The notes under the pieces are model-generated. The model saw only the letters and a program-made list of their open reading frames with translations. It was not told the origin of the DNA and did no database searches. DNA of 52,523 nt from a virus (lineage: Duplodnaviria > Heunggongvirae > Uroviricota > Caudoviricetes): the IMG/VR virus record IMGVR_UViG_2537561965_000009; one strand, written 5' to 3'. Of this stretch, positions 26,108 to 39,965 are shown piece by piece (position 1 is the stretch's first letter; every line of letters begins with the position of its first letter). The position numbers and the translations under genes were made by a program.

Positions 26108-26341
26108 TCAATCTGGTCTGACCTGCTTTCTGAGCAATTCAGTAATGTCACTCTTTTCTTTGTTTGCTTCAGGCGAAACTCTTTTTTCTGAGCACAGTCT
26201 TCGGCGGCAGGCTTCAATGACCCAGGCTGAGAAATTCCCAGACCCTTTTTGATCAAGAGCGATGTTAATTTGTTCAATCATTTGGTTAGGAAAGCGGATG
26301 TTGCGGGTTGTTGTTCTGCGGGTTCTGTTCTTCGTTGACAT
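26108..26341 (-). CDS. small ribbon-helix-helix-like DNA-binding protein
   Basis: 77-aa ORF; segment RFPNQMIEQINIALDQKGSGNFSAWVIEACRRRL resembles RHH (Arc/CopG-like) folds; sits just left of cos. Confidence 0.5.
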   Translation of the reverse strand: MSTKNRTRRTTTRNIRFPNQMIEQINIALDQKGSGNFSAWVIEACRRRLCSEKRVSPEANKEKSDITELLRKQVRPD

Positions 26342-26540
26342 GAGGTTGCCCTGTATTCAGTGTCGCTGATTTGTATTGTCTGAAGTTGTTTTTACGTTAA
26401 GTTGATGCAGATCAATTAATATGATACCTGCGTCATAATTGATTATTTGACGTGGTTTGATGGCGTAGATGCACGTTGTGACATGCAGATGATAATTATT
26501 ATCATTTTGCGGGTCATTTCCGGCGATCCGACAGGTTACG

Positions 26541-26552
26541 GGGCGGCGACCT
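26541..26552 (+). other. cosN, the 12-nt cohesive-end site (lambda type)
   Basis: Exact GGGCGGCGACCT followed by the lambda-like cosB region up to the Nu1 start at 26730. Confidence 0.85.
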
Positions 26553-26729
26553 CGCGGGTTTTCGCTATTTATGAAAATTTTCCGGTTTAAGGCGTTTCCG
26601 TTCTTCTTCGTCATAACTTAATGTTTTTATTTAAAATACCCTCTGAAAAGAAAGGAAGCGACAGGTGCTGAAAGCGAGCTTTTTGGCCTCTGTCGTTTCC
26701 TTTCTCTGTTTTTGTCCGTGGAATGAACA

Positions 26730-27249
26730 ATGGAAGTCAACAAAAAGCAGCTGGCTGACATTTTCGGTGCGAGTATCCGTACCATTCAGAACTGGCAGGA
26801 ACAGGGAATGCCCGTTCTGCGAGGCGGTGGCAAGGGTAATGAGGTGCTTTATGACTCTGCCGCCGTCATAAAATGGTATGCCGAAAGGGATGCTGAAATT
26901 GAGAACGAAAAGCTGCGCCGGGAGGTTGAAGAACTGCGGCAGGCCAGCGAGGCAGATCTCCAGCCAGGGACTATTGAGTACGAACGCCATCGACTTACGC
27001 GTGCGCAGGCCGACGCACAGGAACTGAAGAATGCCAGAGACTCCGCTGAAGTGGTGGAAACCGCATTCTGTACTTTCGTGTTGTCGCGGATCGCAGGTGA
27101 AATTGCCAGTATTCTCGACGGGCTCCCCCTGTCGGTGCAGCGGCGTTTTCCGGAACTGGAAAACCGACATGTTGATTTCCTGAAACGGGATATTATCAAA
27201 GCCATGAACAAAGCAGCCGCGCTGGATGAACTGATACCGGGGTTGCTGA

Positions 27250-27275
<26 letters not shown>
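26730..27275 (+). CDS. Nu1: terminase small subunit Nu1
   Basis: 181-aa product MEVNKKQLADIFGASIRTIQNWQEQGMPVLRGGGKGNEVLYD... matches lambda Nu1 as recalled. Confidence 0.95.
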
Positions 27276-30956
<3,681 letters not shown>

Positions 30957-30976
<20 letters not shown>

Positions 30977-32276
30977 TCTCCCGCATATTGCCAGCATGGC
31001 TTTTAATGAGCCGCTGATGCTTGAACCCGCCTATGCGCGGGTTTTCTTTTGTGCGCTTGCAGGCCAGCTTGGGATCAGTCGCCTGACGGATGCAGTATCC
31101 GGCGACAGCCTGACTGCCGGAGAGGCACCCGCGGCGCTGGCGTTATCCGGTGATGATGACGGACCACGACAGGCCCGCAGTTATCAGGTCATGAACGGCA
31201 TCGCCGTGCTGCCGGTGTCCGGTACGCTGGTCAGCCGGACGCGGGCGCTGCAGCCGTATTCGGGAATGACCGGTTACAACGGCATTATCGCTCGTCTGCA
31301 ACAGGCTGCCAGCGATCCGATGGTGGACGGCATTCTGCTCGATATGGACACACCGGGCGGGATGGTGGCGGGAGCATTTGACTGTGCTGACATCATCGCC
31401 CGTGTGCGTGACATAAAGCCGGTATGGGCGCTGGCCAACGACATGAACTGCAGTGCAGGTCAGCTGCTTGCCAGCGCCGCCTCCCGGCGTCTGGTCACGC
31501 AGACCGCCCGGACAGGCTCCATCGGCGTCATGATGGCTCACAGTAATTACGGCGCTGCGCTGGAGAAACAGGGCGTGGAAATCACGCTGATTTACAGCGG
31601 CAGCCATAAGGTGGATGGCAACCCCTACAGCCATCTACCGGGTGATGTCCGGGAGACACTGCAGTCCCGGATGGATGCAACCCGCCGGATGTTTGCGCAG
31701 AAGGTGTCGGCATATACCGGCCTGTCCGTGCAGGCTGTGCTGGATACCGAGGCTGCAGTGTACAGCGGTCAGGAGGCCATTGATGCCGGACTGGCTGATG
31801 AACTTGTCAACAGCACCGATGCGATCACCGTTATGCGTGATGCACTGGATGCACGTAAATCCCGTCTCTCAGGAGGGCGAATGACCAAAGAGACTCAATC
31901 AACAACTGTTTCAGCCACTGCTTCGCAGGCTGACGTTACTGACGTGGTGCAAGCGACGGAGGGCGAAAACGCCAGCGCGGCGCAGCCGGACGTGAACGCG
32001 CAGATCACCGCTGCGGTTGCGGCAGAAAACAGCCGCATTATGGGGATCCTCAACTGTGAGGAAGCTCACGGACGCGAAGAACAGGCCCGCGTGCTGGCAG
32101 AAACCCCCGGTATGACCGTGGAAACGGCCCGCCGCATTCTGGCAGCTGCACCACAGAGTGCACAGGCGCGCAGTGACACTGCGCTGGATCGTCTGATGCA
32201 GGGGGCACCGGCACCACTGGCTGCAGGTAACCCGGCATCTGATGCCGTTAACGATTTGCTGAACACACCAGTGTAA
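30957..32276 (+). CDS. C: head maturation protease C
   Basis: 439 aa from GTG 30957 with AGGAGGAG SD; the ORF-track extension to 30822 is an alternative-start artefact. Confidence 0.9.
31671..32276 (+). CDS. Nu3: scaffolding protein Nu3 (internal in-frame start within C)
   Basis: In-frame ATG at 31671 (MDATRRMFAQKVSAY...) sharing the C stop, as in lambda. Confidence 0.7.
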   Translation: MDATRRMFAQKVSAYTGLSVQAVLDTEAAVYSGQEAIDAGLADELVNSTDAITVMRDALDARKSRLSGGRMTKETQSTTVSATASQADVTDVVQATEGENASAAQPDVNAQITAAVAAENSRIMGILNCEEAHGREEQARVLAETPGMTVETARRILAAAPQSAQARSDTALDRLMQGAPAPLAAGNPASDAVNDLLNTPV

Positions 32277-32285
32277 GGGATGTTT

Positions 32286-32618
32286 ATGACGAGCAAAGAA
32301 ACCTTTACCCATTACCAGCCGCTGGGCAACAGTGACCCGGCACATACGGCAACCGCGCCCGGCGGATTGAGTGCGAAAGCGCCTGCAATGACCCCGCTGA
32401 TGCTGGACACCTCCACCCGTAAGCTGGTTGCGTGGGATGGCACCACCGACGGTACTGCCGTTGGCATTCTGGCGGTTGATGCTGACCAGACCAGCACCAC
32501 GCTGACGTTCTACAAGTCCGGCACGTTCCGTTATGAGGATGTGCTCTGGCCGGAGGCTGCCAGCGACGAGACGAAAAAACGGACCGCGTTTGCCGGAACG
32601 GCAATCAGCATCGTTTAA
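32286..32618 (+). CDS. D: head decoration protein D
   Basis: 110 aa from ATG 32286 ([20 protein letters not shown]...). Confidence 0.9.
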   Translation: MTSKETFTHYQPLGNSDPAHTATAPGGLSAKAPAMTPLMLDTSTRKLVAWDGTTDGTAVGILAVDADQTSTTLTFYKSGTFRYEDVLWPEAASDETKKRTAFAGTAISIV

Positions 32619-32639
32619 CCTTACCCTTCATCACTAAAG

Positions 32640-32660
32640 GCCGCCTGTGCGGCTTTTTTT
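32640..32660 (+). terminator. hairpin plus T-run between D and E
   Basis: GCCGC-CTGT-GCGGC followed by TTTTTTT. Confidence 0.5.
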
Positions 32661-32673
32661 ACGGGATTTTTTT

Positions 32674-33699
32674 ATGTCGATGTACACAACCGCCCAGCTG
32701 CTGGCGGCAAATGAGCAGAAATTTAAGTTTGATCCGCTGTTTCTGCGTCTCTTTTTCCGTGAGAGCTATCCCTTCACCACGGAGAAAGTCTATCTCTCAC
32801 AAATTCCGGGACTGGTAAACATGGCGCTGTACGTTTCGCCGATTGTTTCCGGTGAGGTTATCCGTTCCCGTGGCGGCTCCACCTCTGAATTTACGCCGGG
32901 ATATGTCAAACCCAAGCATGAGGTGAATCCGCAGATGACCCTGCGTCGCCTGCCGGATGAAGATCCGCAGAATCTGGCGGACCCGGCTTACCGCCGCCGT
33001 CGCATCATCATGCAGAACATGCGAGACGAAGAGCTGGCCATTGCTCAGGTCGAAGAGATGCAGGCAGTTTCTGCTGTGCTTAAGGGCAAATACACCATGA
33101 CCGGTGAAGCCTTCGATCCGGTTGAGGTGGATATGGGCCGCAGTGCGGCGAACAACATCACACAGTCCGGTGGTACGGAGTGGAGCAAGCGTGACAAGTC
33201 CACGTATGACCCGACCGACGATATCGAAGCCTATGCGCTGAACGCCAGCGGCGTGGTGAATATCATCGTGTTTGATCCGAAAGGCTGGGCGCTGTTCCGT
33301 TCCTTCAAAGCCGTCAGGGAGAAGCTGGATACCCGTCGCGGCTCTCATTCCGAACTGGAGACAGCGGTAAAAGACCTGGGCAAAGCGGTGTCTTATAAGG
33401 GAATGTATGGCGATGTGGCCATCGTCGTGTATTCCGGACAGTACGTGGAAAACGGCGTCAAAAAGAACTTCCTGCCGGACAACACGATGGTGCTGGGTAA
33501 CACTCATGCACGCGGTCTGCGCACCTATGGCTGTATTCAGGATGCGGATGCATTGAGTGAGGGTATTAATGCGTCTCCCCGTTATCCGAAAAACTGGAAG
33601 ACATCCGGCGATCCGGCGCGAGAGTTCACCATGATTCAGTCAGCACCGCTGATGCTGCTGGCTGATCCTGATGAGTTCGTGTCCGTTCAACTGGCGTAA
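32674..33699 (+). CDS. E: major capsid protein E
   Basis: 341 aa from ATG 32674 (MSMYTTAQLLAANEQKFKF...). Confidence 0.95.
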   Translation: MSMYTTAQLLAANEQKFKFDPLFLRLFFRESYPFTTEKVYLSQIPGLVNMALYVSPIVSGEVIRSRGGSTSEFTPGYVKPKHEVNPQMTLRRLPDEDPQNLADPAYRRRRIIMQNMRDEELAIAQVEEMQAVSAVLKGKYTMTGEAFDPVEVDMGRSAANNITQSGGTEWSKRDKSTYDPTDDIEAYALNASGVVNIIVFDPKGWALFRSFKAVREKLDTRRGSHSELETAVKDLGKAVSYKGMYGDVAIVVYSGQYVENGVKKNFLPDNTMVLGNTHARGLRTYGCIQDADALSEGINASPRYPKNWKTSGDPAREFTMIQSAPLMLLADPDEFVSVQLA

Positions 33700-33740
33700 T
33701 CATGGCCCTTCGGGGCCATTTTCTCTCTGTGGAGGAGTCC

Positions 33741-34136
33741 ATGACGAAAGATGAACTGATTGCCCGTCTCCGTTCGCTGGGTGAGCAACTGAACCGTGAT
33801 GTCAGCCTGACGGGGACGAAAGAAGAACTGGCGCTCCGTGTGGCAGAGCTGGAAGAGGAGCTTGATGACACGGATGACGCAGCCGGTCAGGACACGTCTG
33901 TCAGCCCGGAAAATGTGCTGACCGTGCATGAAAATGAGGTTGTATCAGCGCAGCCGGATACCGTGACTGATACGGCTGATCTGGTCACGGTTGTGGCACT
34001 GGTGACGCTGCATACTGATGCACTTCACGCCACGCGGGATGAGGCTGTGGCATTTGTGCTGCCGGGAACGGCGTTTCGTGTCTCTGCCGGTGTGGCAGCT
34101 GAAATGACAGAGCGCGGCCTGGCCAGAATGCAATAA
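33741..34136 (+). CDS. FI: DNA packaging protein FI
   Basis: 131 aa from ATG 33741 (MTKDELIARLRSLGEQLNRD...). Confidence 0.85.
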   Translation: MTKDELIARLRSLGEQLNRDVSLTGTKEELALRVAELEEELDDTDDAAGQDTSVSPENVLTVHENEVVSAQPDTVTDTADLVTVVALVTLHTDALHATRDEAVAFVLPGTAFRVSAGVAAEMTERGLARMQ

Positions 34137-34147
34137 CGGGAGGCGCT

Positions 34148-34501
34148 GTGGCTGATTTCGATAACCTGTTCGATGCTGCCATTGCCTGCGCCGATGAAAC
34201 GATACGCGGGTACATGGGAACGTCAGCCACCATGACATCCGGTGAGCAGTCCGGTGCTGTGATACGTGGTGTTTTTGATGACCCTGAAAATATCAGCTAT
34301 GCCGGACAGGGCGTGCGCGTTGAAGGCTCCAGCCCGTCCCTGTTTGTCCGGACTGATGATGTGCGGCAGCTGCGGCGCGGCGACACGCTGACCATCGGTG
34401 AGGAAAACTTCTGGATAGACCGGATTTCGCCGGATGATGGCGGAAGCTGTCATCTCTGGCTTGGGCGTGGCGTGCCGCCTGCCGTTAACCGTCGCCGCTG
34501 A
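34148..34501 (+). CDS. FII: head-tail connector FII
   Basis: 117-aa ORF, GTG start with GGGAGG SD. Confidence 0.9.
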   Translation: MADFDNLFDAAIACADETIRGYMGTSATMTSGEQSGAVIRGVFDDPENISYAGQGVRVEGSSPSLFVRTDDVRQLRRGDTLTIGEENFWIDRISPDDGGSCHLWLGRGVPPAVNRRR

Positions 34502-34512
34502 AAGGGGGATGT

Positions 34513-35091
34513 ATGGCCATAAAAGGTCTTGAGCAGGCCGTTGAAAACCTCAGCCGTATCAGCAGAACGGCGGTGCCTGGTGCCGCCGCAATGGCCATTA
34601 ACCGCGTTGCGTCATCCGCGATATCGCAGTCGGTGGCACAGGTTGCCCGTGAGACAAAGGTACGCCGGAAACTGGTAAAGGAAAGGGCCAGGCTGAAAAG
34701 GGCCACGGTCAAAAATCCGCAGGCCAGAATCAGGGTTAACCGGGGGGATTTGCCCGTAATCAAGCTGGGTAACGCGCGGGTTGTCCTTTCCCGCCGCAGA
34801 CGTCGTAAAAAGGGGCAGCGTTCATCCCTGAAAGGTGGCGGCAGCGTGCTTGTGGTGGGAAACCGTCGTATTCCCGGCGCGTTTATTCAGCAACTGAAAA
34901 ATGGCCGGTGGCATGTCATGCAGCGTGTGGCCGGGAAAAACCGTTACCCCATTGATGTGGTGAAAATCCCGATGGCGGTGCCGCTTACCACGGCGTTTAA
35001 ACAGAATATTGAACGGATACGGCGTGAACGTCTTCCGAAAGAGCTGGGCTATGCGCTGCAGCATCAACTGAGAATGGTAATAAAGCGATGA
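34513..35091 (+). CDS. Z: tail completion protein Z
   Basis: 192-aa ORF; lambda Z-like. Confidence 0.9.
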   Translation: MAIKGLEQAVENLSRISRTAVPGAAAMAINRVASSAISQSVAQVARETKVRRKLVKERARLKRATVKNPQARIRVNRGDLPVIKLGNARVVLSRRRRRKKGQRSSLKGGGSVLVVGNRRIPGAFIQQLKNGRWHVMQRVAGKNRYPIDVVKIPMAVPLTTAFKQNIERIRRERLPKELGYALQHQLRMVIKR

Positions 35092-35483
35092 AACATACTG
35101 AACTCCGTGCAGCCGTACTGGATGCACTGGAGAAGCATGACACCGGGGCGACGCTTTTTGATGGTCGCCCCGCTGTTTTTGATGAGGCGGATTTTCCGGC
35201 AGTTGCCGTTTATCTCACCGGCGCTGAATACACGGGCGAAGAGCTGGACAGCGATACCTGGCAGGCGGAGCTGCATATCGAAGTTTTCCTGCCTGCTCAG
35301 GTGCCGGATTCAGAGCTGGATGCGTGGATGGAGTCCCGGATTTATCCGGTGATGAGCGATATCCCGGCACTGTCAGATTTGATCACCAGTATGGTGGCCA
35401 GCGGCTATGACTACCGGCGCGACGATGATGCGGGCCTGTGGAGTTCAGCCGATCTGACTTATGTCATTACCTATGAAATGTGA
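35088..35483 (+). CDS. U: tail terminator protein U
   Basis: 131-aa ORF; lambda U-like. Confidence 0.9.
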   Translation: MKHTELRAAVLDALEKHDTGATLFDGRPAVFDEADFPAVAVYLTGAEYTGEELDSDTWQAELHIEVFLPAQVPDSELDAWMESRIYPVMSDIPALSDLITSMVASGYDYRRDDDAGLWSSADLTYVITYEM

Positions 35484-35490
35484 GGACGAT

Positions 35491-36231
35491 ATGCCAACAC
35501 CAAATCCTCTGGCACCGGTGAAAGGGGCCGGGACCACCCTGTGGGTTTATAACGGGAGCGGCGACCCTTATGCAAACCCGCTTTCAGACAATGACTGGTC
35601 GCGTCTGGCAAAGGTTAAAGACCTGACGCCCGGCGAACTGACCGCTGAGTCCTATGACGACAGTTATCTCGATGATGAAGATGCAGACTGGACCGCGACC
35701 GGACAGGGGCAGAAATCCGCCGGAGATACCAGCTTCACGCTGGCGTGGATGCCCGGAGAGCAGGGGCAGCAGGCGCTGCTGGCGTGGTTTAATGAAGGTG
35801 ATACCCGTGCCTATAAAATCCGCTTCCCGAACGGCACGGTCGATGTGTTCCGCGGCTGGGTCAGCAGTATCGGTAAGGCGGTGACGGCGAAGGAAGTGAT
35901 CACCCGCACGGTGAAAGTCACCAATGTGGGACGTCCGTCGATGGCAGAAGATCGCAGCACGGTAACAGCGGTAACCGGTATGACCGTGACGCCAGCCAGC
36001 GCTTCCGTAGTGAAAGGGAAGAGCACCACGCTGACCGTGGCATTCCAGCCGGAAGGCGCAACCGACAAGAGCTTCCGTGCGGTGTCAGCGGATAAAACAA
36101 AAGCCACCGTGTCGGTCAGTGGTATGACCATCACCGTGAATGGCGTTGCTGCAGGCAAGGTCAACATTCCGATTGTATCCGGTAATGGTGAGTTTGCTGC
36201 GGTTGCAGAAATCACCGTCACCGCCAGTTAA
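35491..36231 (+). CDS. V: major tail protein V (with C-terminal Ig-like domain)
   Basis: 246 aa from ATG 35491 ([20 protein letters not shown]...). Confidence 0.9.
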   Translation: MPTPNPLAPVKGAGTTLWVYNGSGDPYANPLSDNDWSRLAKVKDLTPGELTAESYDDSYLDDEDADWTATGQGQKSAGDTSFTLAWMPGEQGQQALLAWFNEGDTRAYKIRFPNGTVDVFRGWVSSIGKAVTAKEVITRTVKVTNVGRPSMAEDRSTVTAVTGMTVTPASASVVKGKSTTLTVAFQPEGATDKSFRAVSADKTKATVSVSGMTITVNGVAAGKVNIPIVSGNGEFAAVAEITVTAS

Positions 36232-36246
36232 TCCGGAGAGTCAGAG

Positions 36247-36669
36247 ATGTTCCTGAAAACCGAATCATTTGAACATAACGGTGTGACCGTCACGCTTTCT
36301 GAACTGTCAGCCCTGCAGCGTATTGAGCATCTCGCCCTGATGAAACGGCAGGCAGAACAGGCGGAGTCAGACAGCAACCGGAAGTTTACTGTGGAAGACG
36401 CCATCAGAACCGGCGCGTTTCTGGTGGCGATGTCCCTGTGGCATAACCATCCGCAGAAGACAAAGCAGCCTTCCATGAATGAAGCCGTTAAACAGATTGA
36501 GCAGGAAGTGCTTACCACCTGGCCCACAGAGGCAATTTCTCATGCTGAAAACGTGGTGTACCGGCTGTCTGGTATGTATGAGTTTGTGGTGAATAATGCC
36601 CCTGAACAGGCAGAGGACGCCGGGCCCGCAGAGCCTGTTTCTGCGGGAAAGTGTTCGACGGTGAGCTGA
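36247..36669 (+). CDS. G: tail assembly chaperone G
   Basis: 140-aa ORF; lambda G-like. Confidence 0.9.
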   Translation: MFLKTESFEHNGVTVTLSELSALQRIEHLALMKRQAEQAESDSNRKFTVEDAIRTGAFLVAMSLWHNHPQKTKQPSMNEAVKQIEQEVLTTWPTEAISHAENVVYRLSGMYEFVVNNAPEQAEDAGPAEPVSAGKCSTVS

Positions 36670-37085
36670 GTTTTGCCCTGAAACTGGCGCGTGAGATGGG
36701 GCGACCCGACTGGCGTGCCATGCTTGCCGGGATGTCATCCACGGAGTATGCCGACTGGCACCGCTTTTACAGTACCCATTATTTTCATGATGTTCTGCTG
36801 GATATGCACTTTTCCGGGCTGACGTACACCGTGCTCAGCCTGTTTTTCAGCGATCCGGATATGCATCCGCTGGATTTCAGTCTGCTGAACCGGCGCGAGG
36901 CTGACGAAGAGCCTGAAGATGATGTGCTGATGCAGAAAGCGGCAGGGCTTGCCGGAGGTGTCCGCTTTGGCCCGGACGGGAATGAAGTTATCCCCGCTTC
37001 CCCGGATGTGGCGGACATGACGGAGGATGACGTAATGCTGATGACAGTATCAGAAGGGATCGCAGGAGGAGTCCGGTATGGCTGA
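36247..37085 (+). CDS. T: tail assembly chaperone G-T fusion via programmed -1 ribosomal frameshift
   Basis: Slippery heptamer G GGA AAG at 36645-36651 near the end of G; the -1 frame continues as VFDGELSFALKLAREMGRPDW... (lambda T) to the stop at 37085. Confidence 0.8.
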
Positions 37086-39639
37086 ACCGGTAGGCGATCT
37101 GGTCGTTGATTTGAGTCTGGATGCGGCCAGATTTGACGAGCAGATGGCCAGAGTCAGGCGTCATTTTTCCGGTACGGAAAGTGATGCGAAAAGAACAGCG
37201 GCAGTCGTTGAACAGTCGCTGAGCCGACAGGCGCTGGCTGCACAGAAAGCGGGGATTTCCGTCGGGCAGTATAAAGCCGCCATGCGTATGCTGCCTGCAC
37301 AGTTCACCGACGTGGCCACGCAGCTTGCAGGCGGGCAAAGTCCGTGGCTGATCCTGCTGCAACAGGGGGGGCAGGTGAAGGACTCCTTCGGCGGGATGAT
37401 CCCCATGTTCAGGGGGCTTGCCGGTGCGATCACCCTGCCGATGGTGGGGGCCACCTCGCTGGCGGTGGCGACCGGTGCGCTGGCGTATGCCTGGTATCAG
37501 GGCAACTCAACCCTGTCCGATTTCAACAAAACGCTGGTCCTTTCCGGCAATCAGGCCGGGCTGACGGCAGATCGTATGCTGGTCCTGTCCAGAGCCGGGC
37601 AGGCGGCAGGGCTGACGTTTAACCAGACCAGCGAGTCACTCAGCGCACTGGTTAAGGCGGGGGTAAGCGGTGAGGCTCAGATTGCGTCCATCAGCCAGAG
37701 TGTGGCGCGTTTCTCCTCTGCATCCGGCGTGGAGGTGGACAAGGTCGCTGAAGCCTTCGGGAAGCTGACCACTGACCCGACGTCGGGGCTGACGGCGATG
37801 GCACGCCAGTTCCATAACGTGACGGCGGAGCAGATTGCGTATGTTGCTCAGTTGCAGCGTTCCGGCGATGAAGCCGGGGCATTGCAGGCGGCGAACGAGG
37901 CCGCAACGAAAGGGTTTGATGACCAGACCCGCCGCCTGAAAGAGAACATGGGCACGCTGGAGACCTGGGCAGACAGGACTGCGCGGGCATTCAAATCCAT
38001 GTGGGATGCGGTGCTGGATATTGATCGTCCTGATACCGCGCAGGAGATGCTGATTAAGGCAGAGGCTGCGTTTAAGAAAGCAGACGACATCTGGAATCTG
38101 CGCAAGGATGATTATTTTGTTAACGATGAAGCGCGGGCGCGTTACTGGGATGATCGTGAAAAGGCCCGTCTTGCGCTTGAAGCCGCCCGAAAGAAGGCTG
38201 AGCAGCAGACTCAACAGGACAAAAATGCGCAGCAGCAGAGCGATACCGAAGCGTCACGGCTGAAATATACCGAAGAGGCGCAGAAGGTTTACGAACGGCT
38301 GCAGACACCGCTGGAGAAATATACCGCCCGTCAGGAAGAACTGAACAAGGCACTGAAAGACGGGAAAATCCTGCAGGCAGATTACAACACGCTGATGGCG
38401 GCGGCGAAAAAGGATTATGAAGCGACGCTGAAAAAGCCGAAACAGTCCGGCGTGAAGGTGTCTGCGGGCGATCGTCAGGAAGACAGTGCTCATGCTGCCC
38501 TGCTGACGCTTCAGGCTGAACTCCGGACGCTGGAGAAGCATGCCGGAGCAAATGAGAAAATCAGCCAGCAGCGCCGGGATTTGTGGAAGGCGGAGAGTCA
38601 GTTCGCGGTACTGGAGGAGGCGGCGCAACGTCGCCAGCTGTCTGCACAGGAGAAATCCCTGCTGGCGCATAAAGATGAGACGCTGGAGTACAAACGCCAG
38701 CTGGCTGCACTTGGCGACAAGGTTACGTATCAGGAGCGCCTGAACGCGCTGGCGCAGCAGGCGGATAAATTCGCACAGCAGCAACGGGCAAAACGGGCCG
38801 CCATTGATGCGAAAAGCCGGGGGCTGACTGACCGGCAGGCAGAACGGGAAGCCACGGAACAGCGCCTGAAGGAACAGTATGGCGATAATCCGCTGGCGCT
38901 GAATAACGTCATGTCAGAGCAGAAAAAGACCTGGGCGGCTGAAGACCAGCTTCGCGGGAGCTGGATGGCAGGCCTGAAGTCCGGCTGGAGTGAGTGGGAA
39001 GAGAGCGCCACGGACAGTATGTCGCAGGTTAAAAGTGCAGCCACGCAGACCTTTGATGGTATTGCACAGAATATGGCGGCGATGCTGACCGGCAGTGAGC
39101 AGAACTGGCGCAGCTTTACCCGTTCCGTGCTGTCCATGATGACAGAAATTCTGCTTAAGCAGGCAATGGTGGGGATTGTCGGGAGTATCGGCAGCGCCAT
39201 TGGCGGGGCTGTTGGTGGCGGCGCATCCGCGTCAGGCGGTACAGCCATTCAGGCAGCTGCGGCGAAATTCCATTTTGCGACCGGGGGATTTACGGGAACC
39301 GGCGGCAAATATGAGCCAGCGGGGATTGTTCACCGTGGTGAATTTGTCTTCACGAAGGAGGCAACCAGCCGGATTGGCGTGGGGAATCTCTACCGGCTGA
39401 TGCGCGGCTATGCCACCGGTGGTTATGTCGGTGGCACCGGAAGTCCGGCGCAAATGCGGCGTTCAGAGGGTATCAGGTTTGAGCAGAACAACAACATGGT
39501 GATTCAGAACGACGGTACGAATGGTCTGCCAGGTCCACAGATGATGAAAGCAGTGTATGACATGGCCCGCAAGGGTGCCCGTGATGAAATTCAGACACAG
39601 ATGCGTGATGGTGGCCTGTTCTCCGGAGGTGGACGATGA
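37078..39639 (+). CDS. H: tape measure protein H
   Basis: 853-aa ORF; lambda H-like. Confidence 0.95.
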   Translation: MAEPVGDLVVDLSLDAARFDEQMARVRRHFSGTESDAKRTAAVVEQSLSRQALAAQKAGISVGQYKAAMRMLPAQFTDVATQLAGGQSPWLILLQQGGQVKDSFGGMIPMFRGLAGAITLPMVGATSLAVATGALAYAWYQGNSTLSDFNKTLVLSGNQAGLTADRMLVLSRAGQAAGLTFNQTSESLSALVKAGVSGEAQIASISQSVARFSSASGVEVDKVAEAFGKLTTDPTSGLTAMARQFHNVTAEQIAYVAQLQRSGDEAGALQAANEAATKGFDDQTRRLKENMGTLETWADRTARAFKSMWDAVLDIDRPDTAQEMLIKAEAAFKKADDIWNLRKDDYFVNDEARARYWDDREKARLALEAARKKAEQQTQQDKNAQQQSDTEASRLKYTEEAQKVYERLQTPLEKYTARQEELNKALKDGKILQADYNTLMAAAKKDYEATLKKPKQSGVKVSAGDRQEDSAHAALLTLQAELRTLEKHAGANEKISQQRRDLWKAESQFAVLEEAAQRRQLSAQEKSLLAHKDETLEYKRQLAALGDKVTYQERLNALAQQADKFAQQQRAKRAAIDAKSRGLTDRQAEREATEQRLKEQYGDNPLALNNVMSEQKKTWAAEDQLRGSWMAGLKSGWSEWEESATDSMSQVKSAATQTFDGIAQNMAAMLTGSEQNWRSFTRSVLSMMTEILLKQAMVGIVGSIGSAIGGAVGGGASASGGTAIQAAAAKFHFATGGFTGTGGKYEPAGIVHRGEFVFTKEATSRIGVGNLYRLMRGYATGGYVGGTGSPAQMRRSEGIRFEQNNNMVIQNDGTNGLPGPQMMKAVYDMARKGARDEIQTQMRDGGLFSGGGR

Positions 39640-39965
39640 AAACCTTCCGCTGGAAAGTGAAACCCGGTATGGATGTGGCTTCGGCCCCTTCTGTAAGAAA
39701 GGTGCGCTTTGGTGATGGCTATTCCCAGCGAGCGCCTGCCGGGCTGAATGCCAACCTGAAAACGTACAGCGTGACGCTTTCTGTCCCCCGTGAGGAGGCC
39801 ACGGTACTGGAGTCGTTTCTGGAAGAGCACGGGGGCTGGAAATCCTTTCTGTGGACGCCGCCTTATGAGTGGCGGCAGATAAAGGTGACCTGCGCAAAAT
39901 GGTCGTCGCGGGTCAGTATGCTGCGTGTTGAGTTCAGCGCAGAGTTTGAACAGGTGGTGAACTGA
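39636..39965 (+). CDS. M: tail tip protein M
   Basis: 109-aa ORF; lambda M-like. Confidence 0.9.
   Translation: MKTFRWKVKPGMDVASAPSVRKVRFGDGYSQRAPAGLNANLKTYSVTLSVPREEATVLESFLEEHGGWKSFLWTPPYEWRQIKVTCAKWSSRVSMLRVEFSAEFEQVVN

Noticed and set aside
26357-26614. 85-aa minus-strand ORF spanning cosN
   Set aside because: It overlaps the cos site and the lambda-like cosB region, which are non-coding in lambda
26631-27170. 179-aa ORF antisense to Nu1
   Set aside because: Antisense to a near-identical lambda Nu1 gene; no independent support
37636-39897. Multiple 85-190-aa ORFs antisense to or out of frame with the tape measure gene H
   Set aside because: Artefacts of the GC-rich, repetitive H coding sequence
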